Source: a virus (Duplodnaviria > Caudoviricetes). Taken from it: 42,252 nucleotides of DNA. The position numbers and the translations under genes were made by a program. The notes below the pieces were generated by a model. The model searched no databases and was not told the DNA's origin. It saw only the letters and a list, made by a program, of their open reading frames with translations. The number at the start of each line of letters is the position of its first letter. Positions within the stretch are counted from its first letter, which is position 1. The DNA lies in the IMG/VR virus record IMGVR_UViG_3300048882_000450, positions 1 to 42,252 of that record. The stretch is one strand, 5' to 3'. Positions 27,685 to 37,332 of this stretch are shown in pieces.

Positions 27685-28603
27685 TCATGAGTTCATAGAG
27701 TCATTAAAGACTAAAGTGAATGATAAAGATAGAGTGTACCGTGTGCCTATTGCAGAGATAGACTTTACTAATTACAAACCAGTAAAATGGGGTGTAAAAT
27801 ACGTACAACTAACTGATGAAGCAGATGAGTTAGAACAATGCATGCTTACAGGTATGAACTATCTCATAGAGGGTGATAAGGGATTAGGTAAAACTCAACT
27901 AGTTCATAATCTATGTGTTAAACATGATATGGCTATAGTATCACTTAATTGTTCTGATGGGACTAAGATAGGTGACTTGATTGGTAGACCTCAGATTAAT
28001 GAGTTCGGTAGTTACTTCCAGCTTGGAGTATTACCTACTGCAATAGAGGTTGCAAACCATTTCGGTAGGGCAACACTATATATGGATGAATTCAACGCAC
28101 TACAACATGAGATACAGAAAGCAACCAACTCTGTAACTGATGGTAGACGTTCAATCACTGCCAATGGTAAAGTGTTTAGATTGAATGAAGGTGTTAAACT
28201 ATCAGTGATAGCAACCATGAATCCCAGCACGTATTCAGGTGTCAATACATTGACAGAAGATTCACGTAGTAGATTCATTGGAGCAATATGGGATTACCCA
28301 ACCAACGATTCACTCAAAAAGATTGTTGACTGGAGTGGTATACCTGTTGAGACAGTTGTTGACCCAATGTTACAGTTAGTGCAGAACATACATAACCTAA
28401 GAACTAACGCAGATGTGGATTATTCATTATCTCCAAGAGATATAGCACAGTTCACAGAGTGTTATAGAATGTGGACTGATTCAACATTAGGTAAACCATT
28501 AGTTAGAAGTCTAAGGAATACAGTGCTATCAAAGTTTAGTGACTTGGCTCAAAGAGAGTTAGTTAAGAAACAAATAGCAGAAATATTTGGAGTGGTGGCA
28601 TAG
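27668..28603 (+). CDS. MoxR/CbbQ/CobS-like AAA+ ATPase
   Basis: Walker A GDKGLGKT, Walker B LYMDEFN, ATMNP, SRF Arg finger and LSPRD. Confidence 0.9.
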   Translation: MMNDNSHEFIESLKTKVNDKDRVYRVPIAEIDFTNYKPVKWGVKYVQLTDEADELEQCMLTGMNYLIEGDKGLGKTQLVHNLCVKHDMAIVSLNCSDGTKIGDLIGRPQINEFGSYFQLGVLPTAIEVANHFGRATLYMDEFNALQHEIQKATNSVTDGRRSITANGKVFRLNEGVKLSVIATMNPSTYSGVNTLTEDSRSRFIGAIWDYPTNDSLKKIVDWSGIPVETVVDPMLQLVQNIHNLRTNADVDYSLSPRDIAQFTECYRMWTDSTLGKPLVRSLRNTVLSKFSDLAQRELVKKQIAEIFGVVA

Positions 28604-30385
28604 ATGCCTATACCATTACTCAACGAGGTAAAGATAACTATCAAAGATCTTATATCTGAAAAAGATTATGATAGAAATAAAGCAGGTATTGTATCCCAAG
28701 TAGTAGGTGAAACAATCACTGTAGATTATAAAGCAGGAGTAAACTGTGCTTATAAAAACAAGAAAGGATACACTGTGATTAAAGCCTCCCCAAAAGCCAA
28801 GGGTATAGATGGTAACACTGCAATCAACCATGAGTTAGCACATATACTATTCAATTCATTCGAGAATAAAGTTATAAGAACATTGAATAGGTGGACTTCT
28901 AATTGGGTTCTTGGTGACAGTGCATATAATACACAGAGAAGGAGAAACATATTCAATACATATCACGAAGCACTCAATGTAATTGAAGACCAAAGGATTG
29001 AATCCTTGTGGGGTAGATTATACTTGGGCAATGTAAAAGAATTTGTTAGAACACGTAAAAGATTAGGTAAGGATTTAAAAGCGAATGAACACCCATCAAA
29101 TATGTTATTGGCTGAGAGATTCTTTAGACCTGACTTGGTTCAAGGCAAGTACGCACATGTAGGAAAAATGATACATGATGTAGAAGGTAAAGACTTAAAG
29201 GCTTCACTTGTTGTGTTGAAGAAGATTAAACCTTATCTTGACGAGATTATAAAAAAGTTAATTGATAATACTGACAAGGTTAATAGTCTACGTGGTGATT
29301 TGATTAAAGAACGTGGTAAAAACACCCCAGAATCTGATGATACCATAAAGAATATAATAGAAGACCGTAACCTTGCAGAACAAGAGATAAGAAAAGCAAG
29401 TCCAGTAAGTCAAGACCAACATAGAGATGATACATTGAGATGTCCAAAAGATAAAGTATATGAGAATAGTAAAGGCGAAGAAGACAAGTCTATATTTGAG
29501 GATGATTCTCTTGGAGAGGATACACTTGATGAATTAAAGAAATCTGCTGACAACAGAATACGAGAGATACAGGATAAGATGAGTGGTTCATCACAGATGC
29601 CAAAGGGTAAAACATACATCAACTACCAGAAAATAAGAAAGGATAGTGAGCCTAATAAAATAACAACAGATAATAAAACTGTCAAACAAATCCAACGGTT
29701 ACTCCGTTCATTTAAAGAGAGACGAAAAGATTTGATAACATCTGATGGTGATGAGTTAGATGTTGGTTCATACATAGATATGAAAGCCAATGGATATGGT
29801 GATTGTATGTTAGATAACACAAGAGCTAATGGATTATCAATCTGTGTAAGTATAGATGCATCGGGTAGTATGTCCCCACACAACTCAACTGTTGAAAGGA
29901 TAATGTCTACACTATGGAAATCAATAGAAGGTACAACCAACATAGATTTAAAGTGTATAACATGGCACTCTGACCACGGTGGTAACATGTCTGTAAGAGT
30001 ATACAATAAAAAAGATATAGGTTATCTTAGTAAACAGGTTGGTGGATACACACCCACACACTTTGGAATACAAGTAGGTTCGGACGAGTTAGCCAAGATG
30101 AAAGGTGAGAGGAAACTTCTCATAGTTATAACTGATGGATACCCTAACTATTATAAGAATGGTACAAGAGTTAGATCAGATGCAACAGGTAAAGAAGCAA
30201 TCAAAGCTTACAAGTTAGCAACAAAACGTAACTCAAATGTTGTGATACTTGGGATAGGATATTACCTCAATCATATGAAAAATATGTTTGGTAATAAATT
30301 TATAACATGTAGAGGAATGAGTGATGTAGAACAATTCATGATGAAGACATTCAGAAAAGAAATCATCGAGGTAATGAAAAAATGA
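28604..30385 (+). CDS. VWA-domain partner protein (CobT/CbbO-like) with an N-terminal HExxH domain
   Basis: NHELAH...LNVIEDQRIE, acidic linker, MIDAS DASGSMS, GYTPT and ITDGYP. Confidence 0.88.
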   Translation: MPIPLLNEVKITIKDLISEKDYDRNKAGIVSQVVGETITVDYKAGVNCAYKNKKGYTVIKASPKAKGIDGNTAINHELAHILFNSFENKVIRTLNRWTSNWVLGDSAYNTQRRRNIFNTYHEALNVIEDQRIESLWGRLYLGNVKEFVRTRKRLGKDLKANEHPSNMLLAERFFRPDLVQGKYAHVGKMIHDVEGKDLKASLVVLKKIKPYLDEIIKKLIDNTDKVNSLRGDLIKERGKNTPESDDTIKNIIEDRNLAEQEIRKASPVSQDQHRDDTLRCPKDKVYENSKGEEDKSIFEDDSLGEDTLDELKKSADNRIREIQDKMSGSSQMPKGKTYINYQKIRKDSEPNKITTDNKTVKQIQRLLRSFKERRKDLITSDGDELDVGSYIDMKANGYGDCMLDNTRANGLSICVSIDASGSMSPHNSTVERIMSTLWKSIEGTTNIDLKCITWHSDHGGNMSVRVYNKKDIGYLSKQVGGYTPTHFGIQVGSDELAKMKGERKLLIVITDGYPNYYKNGTRVRSDATGKEAIKAYKLATKRNSNVVILGIGYYLNHMKNMFGNKFITCRGMSDVEQFMMKTFRKEIIEVMKK

Positions 30386-30600
30386 CTGAGATAGAAGAAC
30401 TTAATGAACGTGAGAAATTCATCTATCATGTTGCCATGAATGTTATGATTGGTTTAAGAGAAGGAGAGGAAATACATGATATTATTAACCACATACGTAA
30501 ACATAGATGTAGACATCTAAGTGATAAATACGTACATGAATTAATAGTACTCATGAGGGATGAATTAAACACAGCCAAAATAATGTGGGAAGAACCATGA
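30382..30600 (+). CDS. Hypothetical protein
   Basis: ATGA overlap with the VWA gene; GAGGT SD. Confidence 0.65.
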   Translation: MTEIEELNEREKFIYHVAMNVMIGLREGEEIHDIINHIRKHRCRHLSDKYVHELIVLMRDELNTAKIMWEEP

Positions 30601-30811
30601 TTTGTCCTCGGTGTAAAAAGAAATATGATAACCCTTGGCAAGAATGTGATAAATGTATTGAAACATTCTACCCTGAAACCTAACGTTCTCAGTATAGTTT
30701 TATACAGGTTGTAAAATCTGTACACAAATTTTTTTGACATATTTGGGTTTTTTCCATGAAAAAAAGACCTTTCTTCGATACATTTAAATGTGGTTAAATA
30801 TTATCTACCAC

Positions 30812-31135
30812 ATGGTAAAATTATTTGTATATGGTACTCTTATGAATGATGAAATAAGAGAAAACATACTAGGAAGAGTAGTAAAAGCCAAACCTGATAC
30901 TTTATGTGGGTATTCGTTAACAAAACACCCAATTCTATCATTATATCCTGTTGTTAAACTAACAGATGGTGAATGTGTTGATGGAATGGTATTTGATGTT
31001 GATGTTGGTGATTTTCCAAGGTTGGATCATTATGAATCACAATTTTATAAAAAAATTAATGTAAAGTTAACTAGTGGTAATGATAGTATGGTTTATGTTG
31101 AAAATAAACATGATCATGATGAGTATTCTAATTAA
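30812..31135 (+). CDS. Gamma-glutamylcyclotransferase (AIG2-like/GGACT family)
   Basis: LFVYGTLM, V.G.VF and LDHYE...Y motifs. Confidence 0.88.
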   Translation: MVKLFVYGTLMNDEIRENILGRVVKAKPDTLCGYSLTKHPILSLYPVVKLTDGECVDGMVFDVDVGDFPRLDHYESQFYKKINVKLTSGNDSMVYVENKHDHDEYSN

Positions 31136-31361
31136 TAGATAGTTCAGCCCAAGCCATTTGGTATATTAATGCCTCTTCCTTATCTTCATCCATTTCTATA
31201 TTATGTATGTTTATACAATGGTGTACCATCTCATGTTGAATTGTTTTTATTATATCCTCTAATGATTCATGTTTATTCAGATATATTACAGCTCTTTTAC
31301 TGTCATGGTAATAAATACCCCTATTGTCAGTTCCAACTACCTTAAAATCCACTGAAACCAT
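31128..31361 (-). CDS. Minimal HExxH metallopeptidase-like protein
   Basis: TIQHEMVH plus a downstream Glu; leaderless promoter. Confidence 0.65.
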   Translation of the reverse strand: MVSVDFKVVGTDNRGIYYHDSKRAVIYLNKHESLEDIIKTIQHEMVHHCINIHNIEMDEDKEEALIYQMAWAELSIN

Positions 31362-31406
31362 GATTTATTTAGATACATTCATATAATAAAGATTATTACT
31401 AATCAT

Positions 31407-31646
31407 ATGAAATTCCTTGACTGGTGGGAGAATAAACTAACATATTCTTTAGGGTTTCTAGTATTCACTCATATTATCCAAATTCCCCATATGGTATGGA
31501 ACGCTGATGTGTTACTTGAGGCTGGGTTCGTATCTAGAATACACCCGTTACTTGATTTCTTTCTTTATGGGATTGATTTAATCGAAATACCTGCTATTAT
31601 TGCTGTTACATTATCATTTGTGTCTAAAATAAGACATAAAGTATAA
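31407..31646 (+). CDS. Small membrane protein
   Basis: Two hydrophobic segments. Confidence 0.65.
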   Translation: MKFLDWWENKLTYSLGFLVFTHIIQIPHMVWNADVLLEAGFVSRIHPLLDFFLYGIDLIEIPAIIAVTLSFVSKIRHKV

Positions 31647-31661
31647 TTATACGATTATGGA

Positions 31662-31919
31662 ATGAAAAGTATGGCAGAAGAAAAACAACCAGAAATAAGA
31701 CTTGATATATCTGACAAGTTTTATGAAAGGTTAGACGGATTAATTGATGAATTATACAAAGAGGATAATATAAGTTACGGAGAAATAGAATTAGCATTTT
31801 TAAAGATGGATGAGAAGATACTCCAACAAAAAATAAGTTTAATGCATCAATATTTACACAGTGAAGACTCTGAAACATCATTGCCTGACAAAAAAGAACC
31901 TAGTGGTGTATATGGCTAA
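31662..31919 (+). CDS. Acidic hypothetical protein
   Basis: ORF track; fits the local operon. Confidence 0.6.
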   Translation: MKSMAEEKQPEIRLDISDKFYERLDGLIDELYKEDNISYGEIELAFLKMDEKILQQKISLMHQYLHSEDSETSLPDKKEPSGVYG

Positions 31920-32103
31920 ATTACCTTGGTCAGATAACAAAGATGTTAATATTTTAATTCCTTGTAGACTCTGTTCAAAAGAATCTGTTAGTGTAACAGG
32001 TGCAAAATATTGTTTGGATTGTTATAGGGAACTACTAACCAATGTTATTCTAAAATATTATCCTGTTTCTGGGAAGGATGTTAATGTATCCCAGCGTGAC
32101 TGA
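31912..32103 (+). CDS. Small Zn-finger protein
   Basis: CRLC...CLDC; start MAKLPW after GGTG. Confidence 0.55.
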   Translation: MAKLPWSDNKDVNILIPCRLCSKESVSVTGAKYCLDCYRELLTNVILKYYPVSGKDVNVSQRD

Positions 32104-32482
32104 ACGCCTCTATCACCTCACGCATAGAGTCGTCATTCACTAAATCCTTCATAAGATTTGGACAATCATAATGGTTCATGTCTACTACTTTAACGTAATT
32201 CCACTCTAAAGTCTTCTTTTGTACTGTGTCTCTCATAGATGTTATTCTTCCTGTATGATGAGGATCTTGTATCCTTATTGCCATTATTGGATCAGAATAT
32301 ACTACTATGTCTATAGTTTCTTTTTCCTGTCTCCCCGACACTGTGTCCTTCCACTCTTCATTTAGTAGATCTTTGAATTTTACCTGTGTTTTTACTTCTT
32401 TATCTGGGAATAGAGTTATTATCATATCTAATGCTGCATATTCTCCTCTTCCTATAAAGTTCCCTTGTTTGTCTATTATTAT
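32081..32482 (-). CDS. PD-(D/E)xK/Vsr-DUF559-like nuclease, paralogue of 41662..42060; probable ATA start
   Basis: ETIDIVV...AIRIQD.HH...D..QK..LE. The conserved FIGRGEYAAL lies upstream of the first ATG (32425). Confidence 0.65.
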   Translation of the reverse strand: MIIDKQGNFIGRGEYAALDMIITLFPDKEVKTQVKFKDLLNEEWKDTVSGRQEKETIDIVVYSDPIMAIRIQDPHHTGRITSMRDTVQKKTLEWNYVKVVDMNHYDCPNLMKDLVNDDSMREVIEAFSHAGIH

Positions 32483-32835
32483 AGTTTAACAACCCCGTTA
32501 TATTCTCTTGTATATACTATCCATTTACCCTTTTCCCCTTTCACATTAATAGATAGAACCTTGGTATTATTATGTGTATCTGCAAAGTTTTGTAGTGGTT
32601 TCTCTTTAGCCCATGCGTTTGTTTTTATTTGTAATAGAATTAAATTGTTATCAGAGTCGAAACATATACCATCAAACAGATTCCACAAGTCTAATGCTCT
32701 ATACCATTCTCCCCTAGTGTATACAAGATCTTGTCTTCTTACATGTGACTTTAACCATATTTCATCATATCCATTCTTTAATAAAAATAATACTGCCTTT
32801 CTATTAGATGCTCTCATCCTTTCTCTAGGGTTTAT
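32479..32835 (-). CDS. Holliday junction resolvase-like (Hjc-type PD-(D/E)xK) nuclease
   Basis: LLKNGY...DLWNLFDGI...LLQIKTN. First ATG at 32817, possible ATA start at 32835. Confidence 0.65.
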   Translation of the reverse strand: MNPRERMRASNRKAVLFLLKNGYDEIWLKSHVRRQDLVYTRGEWYRALDLWNLFDGICFDSDNNLILLQIKTNAWAKEKPLQNFADTHNNTKVLSINVKGEKGKWIVYTREYNGVVKL

Positions 32836-32841
32836 ATTATA

Positions 32842-33405
32842 TCATCCCCATTGTTCTGCCATAGCATCTGCTATACCCTGAAATGTCCTACTTCTATCTA
32901 CACTATTACGTGGTGTCTCGTACCACCCTTTAGTATATTTATGACCATTTTTAGTGGTGATATATGATAATTTTACCACGTTAGTTGGTTTTAAATTAGG
33001 TAAATTCTTTAACCATAAACATGTTTTCTTTGAGTGGTCATGACCGTAATGATATGGTTGTATTATCTGTGTATATTTTGGTAAATTTGCAGCCTTACTA
33101 GGAACAGGATTTTCTATACATATTTTATCTATATTAGCATTTAACAAAGACATGAATAAATTTATGTCAATAGAGTGGTTCTCTTTCTTGTTTAATCTTG
33201 CCCTGTTTCTACATAAAAAAGTACACACAGGATGACCTATCATTAAATCCCAATCTTCATCCAAATGATTTAATATATCATCTTGAATATGATTTTTGCT
33301 TGGTATTTCACTTGGTAATATATCACAAGAATATGCTTCATGTCCTTTTCTTTTAAAAGATTCTCTTATTATACCTGACATTTCACAGGCAATTAATACT
33401 TTCAT
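32842..33405 (-). CDS. Short phage-type DNA cytosine methyltransferase-like protein
   Basis: VLIACE.SG, SCDI, GHPVC (motif IV), IENP (motif VI), KKTCLW and RSRTF.GIA.AMAEQWG. Confidence 0.75.
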   Translation of the reverse strand: MKVLIACEMSGIIRESFKRKGHEAYSCDILPSEIPSKNHIQDDILNHLDEDWDLMIGHPVCTFLCRNRARLNKKENHSIDINLFMSLLNANIDKICIENPVPSKAANLPKYTQIIQPYHYGHDHSKKTCLWLKNLPNLKPTNVVKLSYITTKNGHKYTKGWYETPRNSVDRSRTFQGIADAMAEQWG

Positions 33406-34508
33406 GTTTCTATGTCTTCTATACCTTTTACTGTGAGACTATATGATGCATCCAACATCTCATGTTCAGGCGAATCAACCATTCTTGCTATTCTTTTTTT
33501 ACCTGATTTCTTAAAGTACACCCTATATGTACTTGCGTGTGCTACAATATTACCACCTATTGGTTTGATTGGGTCTCCAAACATTACACTTGGATCTGAT
33601 TGTACTTGGTTAGTAAATAATACAATACATCTAAAATAAAATGATATGTTTTTGATATGAGTCATTAGCCTTGCTATTTGATTTTGTCTTACAGATAAAT
33701 GTCCTCTACCTAGGTATTCTTCTCTGAATTGACCTATTGACCCGTCCAATACAAGTAATCTTACGTCTAGTTCTTGCATTAACTGTGATAAAGAATCTAC
33801 AGTTCCAAGTAACTGTTCTGTATTTGGTGTGTAGAAGTATCTTACATGTTTTAACATTTCATCAGCGTTTTCGTCTGTTGCCAATTCTCTTGCTAATAAT
33901 ATTTCTTTAAGTCTTCTTGGTTTAAACGTATCCTCACAGTCTATCCATACTACATCTTGACCTTGTGCTATAGCTTCTGCTGTTAACGATAAACATAGTT
34001 GTGTCTTACCACACCCAAACTCACCATACACCTCATACACTGATTCTGACACAAGTCCACCATTAAATAATCCATCTATCGCTTCACATTTTGAAGCCAG
34101 TCTTGGTTGATCCTCTTGGTATTTCATAAGCTCCATTATATCCATATCTGTCTTTCTTACTAGGTCGTTATCTTCTAGTATTTTTTGTGAGTTAAACACC
34201 CAACTATTTGCCTTTGCTTTATCAACACCAGTGATTTCAGATACTTCCTGTCCACCTCTTACACATATATCTATTATATTTTTAATACCAAACGATTCTA
34301 GTTTCTTTTTAGTAACTGCTCCTACACCTTCTAATTGGTCTACTTCTAAATTAATTTGTAGTTTTGGATCATCTGTTTTATCGGTTTTTTTAATTTCTAG
34401 TTCAATGGGTTTTTCTTCAGTTTCTATTAATTCTTGTTCAACAATTTCACTCATAGTATCATTAGAATATTCCTCTATAATAGTGTTTGTGTCTATGTCT
34501 TCTTCCAT
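33402..34508 (-). CDS. radA: RadA recombinase with an acidic N-terminal extension
   Basis: HhH LEGVG, Walker A GEFGCGKTQ, IDCEDTFKP, Walker B LLVLD, KPIGGNIVAHASTYR and RIARMVDSP. Confidence 0.95.
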   Translation of the reverse strand: MEEDIDTNTIIEEYSNDTMSEIVEQELIETEEKPIELEIKKTDKTDDPKLQINLEVDQLEGVGAVTKKKLESFGIKNIIDICVRGGQEVSEITGVDKAKANSWVFNSQKILEDNDLVRKTDMDIMELMKYQEDQPRLASKCEAIDGLFNGGLVSESVYEVYGEFGCGKTQLCLSLTAEAIAQGQDVVWIDCEDTFKPRRLKEILLARELATDENADEMLKHVRYFYTPNTEQLLGTVDSLSQLMQELDVRLLVLDGSIGQFREEYLGRGHLSVRQNQIARLMTHIKNISFYFRCIVLFTNQVQSDPSVMFGDPIKPIGGNIVAHASTYRVYFKKSGKKRIARMVDSPEHEMLDASYSLTVKGIEDIET

Positions 34509-36490
34509 TTTCCTCCCCCTGCCATTGCTATATAATTATTCTTTTCCCAAAGTCCAATAAGTTTATCTGCTTCTATTTCTGAGTGTTTACCATTCTCTAC
34601 AAGTTTTTCTGTGAATTTATGTAGGCTTACATGTTTATTATCGTCCTCACACTCTCCCCAAACTCTGTTTGCTGTTTGGTCTTTATTTTCATTTTTAGTT
34701 AACGTTAATGTGTTTTGGTTATATCCGTTTTCATCTTTAACTCCTAACGCTACAAACATTCTGTTCATTAGTTTTTCAACGGCTTCTATGTCACTAATTT
34801 CAACTTTATCTTTGAATAAAAGTTTGGCATGTGCTGTTGCAAGTCTAGCTAATGCTTCTAATTGTCTTATACCTATACCAAGTGAATCTTTTTCAACGGA
34901 TAAAGCCCTCATACTCTGGTATATTTCTGTCATTTTTTTCTTTGCATCTGATGTTATTACTGGTTTGATTAATCTAACATGATTAAGATATGATGTGAGT
35001 TTATCTCTTGGTAGGTATATGGATTTTGTTTTATCATCACCTGTAAATGTGTCAAGTATGAATACTGCCTTTTCCATATCCTCTTTAACATTAACAACGT
35101 CTCTTATCAACCATATCATATCAAATCTTGATACTAACGGTACTGGTATGTTAATATTATCTATTAGAGATGAATCAGAATCATATTTACCGTACTTTGG
35201 ATTTGCTGCTGCCAGAATACTGGTCTTAGCTGGGAGTGTCATCCTAAATCCAGCTTTTGCTATGGATACTGTTTGTTGTTCCATGCCTTCATGCATTGCA
35301 CTTCTATCATCATTTGACATCTTATCAAACTCATCTATACATGCATGACCCCCACTACATAGTGGTAATACTCCTGCTTGTGCAACCATATTACCTGACT
35401 CCATTTTTACTAGACCTATAGTGAGACCTGCTGCACTTGCTCCTCTACCTGATGTATACATTGATTTATTTGATACTTTAGAACATTCCTTTAATAATTC
35501 TGACTTTGCAAGTGAAGGGTCTCCAACTAACAATAGGTTTATATCACCTCTCTTTACTTTGGAGTAACCTCCTGCTAACATCAATAAAATAGAGAATTTT
35601 ATGTCCTCATACCCCATTATTAACGGTGCAAAACTTGTTGTTACTTTATAGATAAAGTCTTTATCTTTAGAATCTTTTTTTAGTTTTGTTAGATCAACAT
35701 CTGTTATACAATCATCATTATTTTTTTCTAAATCCTGCTCTGACATTATCTCTATAACTATATTGTTCAAGTTGTCAGGTTTGGTTGGGTCTATCACTGA
35801 TTTATACATACCTGTTATCCTTTTCTTTTGACCTACATATATTGTACCAGATAGTTCGTCTATTGCTACTGCCCTGAACGTGACTGGCGTACTATTCTTT
35901 GCATCTGATAATATTTGTTGTAGATATATGTATTGTATGTTATCTGTTTCCAAACCTTTCTTTTGTACTGTAAGAGTATGTCTTTTACATTTAATATTAT
36001 TACACATTAGTCCTTTTAAGTCTCTTTCATATGAACATTTTACCTCCTGATCTGTAAAACATAAAGGACACTGACCTATACATTTCTTGACATATGTTTT
36101 TTCTTTTTCTACTGCTATTACCTCACAGTCAAACGTGACAACTGTCTGTTCATGTTCCCTAGCATTAAGATCATGCATTGGTATGGTGTTATCTGATACC
36201 AATTTGATTTTTATATTTCTAAACGAATTTCTTACATCAGTATAATCATTATATTTTGACTCTAAATATCTTAACACTGCCTCCTTTATCATTGATTTAA
36301 ATTCTTCTTTCTTTAATATGAAGAACTCATATATTTTATCATCCATTACATTTAATGTGAATGTACTGTTAGGAGTAAGAGAGTTCAACACACCATAATA
36401 TTTTTTTCCTTGTATAATACCAGTTCCGTCCGTGTTAAAGAACTTATCTAATATTGCTGATTCAGTATATGTTATTTCCATTTCTCTCAT
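34493..36490 (-). CDS. mcm: MCM replicative helicase
   Basis: Zn finger CPLC...C, Walker A GDPSLAKS, IDEFDKM, MEQQTVSIAKAG, AAANP, SRFD and RQLEAL.RL. Confidence 0.96.
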   Translation of the reverse strand: MREMEITYTESAILDKFFNTDGTGIIQGKKYYGVLNSLTPNSTFTLNVMDDKIYEFFILKKEEFKSMIKEAVLRYLESKYNDYTDVRNSFRNIKIKLVSDNTIPMHDLNAREHEQTVVTFDCEVIAVEKEKTYVKKCIGQCPLCFTDQEVKCSYERDLKGLMCNNIKCKRHTLTVQKKGLETDNIQYIYLQQILSDAKNSTPVTFRAVAIDELSGTIYVGQKKRITGMYKSVIDPTKPDNLNNIVIEIMSEQDLEKNNDDCITDVDLTKLKKDSKDKDFIYKVTTSFAPLIMGYEDIKFSILLMLAGGYSKVKRGDINLLLVGDPSLAKSELLKECSKVSNKSMYTSGRGASAAGLTIGLVKMESGNMVAQAGVLPLCSGGHACIDEFDKMSNDDRSAMHEGMEQQTVSIAKAGFRMTLPAKTSILAAANPKYGKYDSDSSLIDNINIPVPLVSRFDMIWLIRDVVNVKEDMEKAVFILDTFTGDDKTKSIYLPRDKLTSYLNHVRLIKPVITSDAKKKMTEIYQSMRALSVEKDSLGIGIRQLEALARLATAHAKLLFKDKVEISDIEAVEKLMNRMFVALGVKDENGYNQNTLTLTKNENKDQTANRVWGECEDDNKHVSLHKFTEKLVENGKHSEIEADKLIGLWEKNNYIAMAGGGKWKKT

Positions 36491-36800
36491 CCACTATATT
36501 TTGTATTTGTGTAAGTTTTTGTTGGAGTGATTTAAAATCACTATTATCAACACTTGTTATAAATTGTATCCAAGTGTCTATTCCAGATGATATGTTTGGT
36601 GTTGTCAACTTATCTTCTGTAGGTGAAAAGTCATCTAAACTAACTGTTCCTCCTTTGTGGTTTTTTGTGTATTCATCTGCTGCTATTGCAAGCATCAAAC
36701 TAAATGAAATGTTTTTTGGTCTTATTGTTTCAAGTTCCTCATATACTTTTTTTGCAATGGGACTTATTGAAATTGATTTTATTCCAGAGTTGAAATTCAT
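36462..36800 (-). CDS. Hypothetical protein, possible ribbon-helix-helix DNA binder
   Basis: N-terminal KSISIS...YEELE...ISFS strand-helix-helix pattern; precedes mcm. Confidence 0.5.
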   Translation of the reverse strand: MNFNSGIKSISISPIAKKVYEELETIRPKNISFSLMLAIAADEYTKNHKGGTVSLDDFSPTEDKLTTPNISSGIDTWIQFITSVDNSDFKSLQQKLTQIQNIVDERNGNNIY

Positions 36801-36862
36801 ATATCATATAGAAACTCGGTAAATATAAACGTTGATGAAAAAAAAGAAAAATATTTAATGGT

Positions 36863-37003
36863 TTAAACTGTTACTTGTTCTTGTTGTAGCCAAGTTTTAA
36901 CTCCTTGGTTTTCTAGTTTTTGTACCATTTGAATTGCCTTACTAACTTCCATTAATGTTTTTTTAGTCTGACCATCTTTTGTCCAACAAATATTGATAAA
37001 CAT
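36863..37003 (-). CDS. 46-aa hypothetical protein (MFINICWTKDGQTKK...)
   Basis: Translated by hand; TTTATAA box 29 nt upstream and a T-rich terminator downstream. Confidence 0.65.
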   Translation of the reverse strand: MFINICWTKDGQTKKTLMEVSKAIQMVQKLENQGVKTWLQQEQVTV

Positions 37004-37059
37004 AAAGAGTAATAGTTTGTGGGTATTATAAACTTATCTGAATATATGAATCATATAAA

Positions 37060-37332
37060 TCAAGGCATCATATACATCTTGGTTCTATGGCACTCACATT
37101 CTCTCACCTTTAATAAACCTTTATGTATAAAAGTTTTTAAAGCATTGGAACTATGTCCACCACTTCTGATGTTTGAAAAAACAAGTATCTCACCTATTGG
37201 AAAGTATTTTCCTTTATTTTCTTGAAAGAAAGCAATAAGTTTATCGTTTGTAGATACAGGGTTAAATGACACTGTGTCTACACCTTTATTAGTGAGTTTT
37301 TTCTTTGCTCTAACTACTTTAGATATGACCAC
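37060..37332 (-). CDS. Winged-helix-like protein
   Basis: Pattern LIAFFQEN...ALKTFIHKGLLKV...Y. Confidence 0.55.
   Translation of the reverse strand: MVISKVVRAKKKLTNKGVDTVSFNPVSTNDKLIAFFQENKGKYFPIGEILVFSNIRSGGHSSNALKTFIHKGLLKVRECECHRTKMYMMP

Noticed and set aside
27668-30385. Cobaltochelatase cobS/cobT as a cobalamin auxiliary metabolic gene pair
   Set aside because: The motifs support only a generic MoxR AAA+/VWA pair. There is no cobN or other cobalamin gene in the window.
33402-36490. Inteins in MCM or RadA, or a cellular chromosome origin for this segment
   Set aside because: Both proteins are of normal length with contiguous motifs. They sit among virus-type genes with no housekeeping context, integrase or att site.
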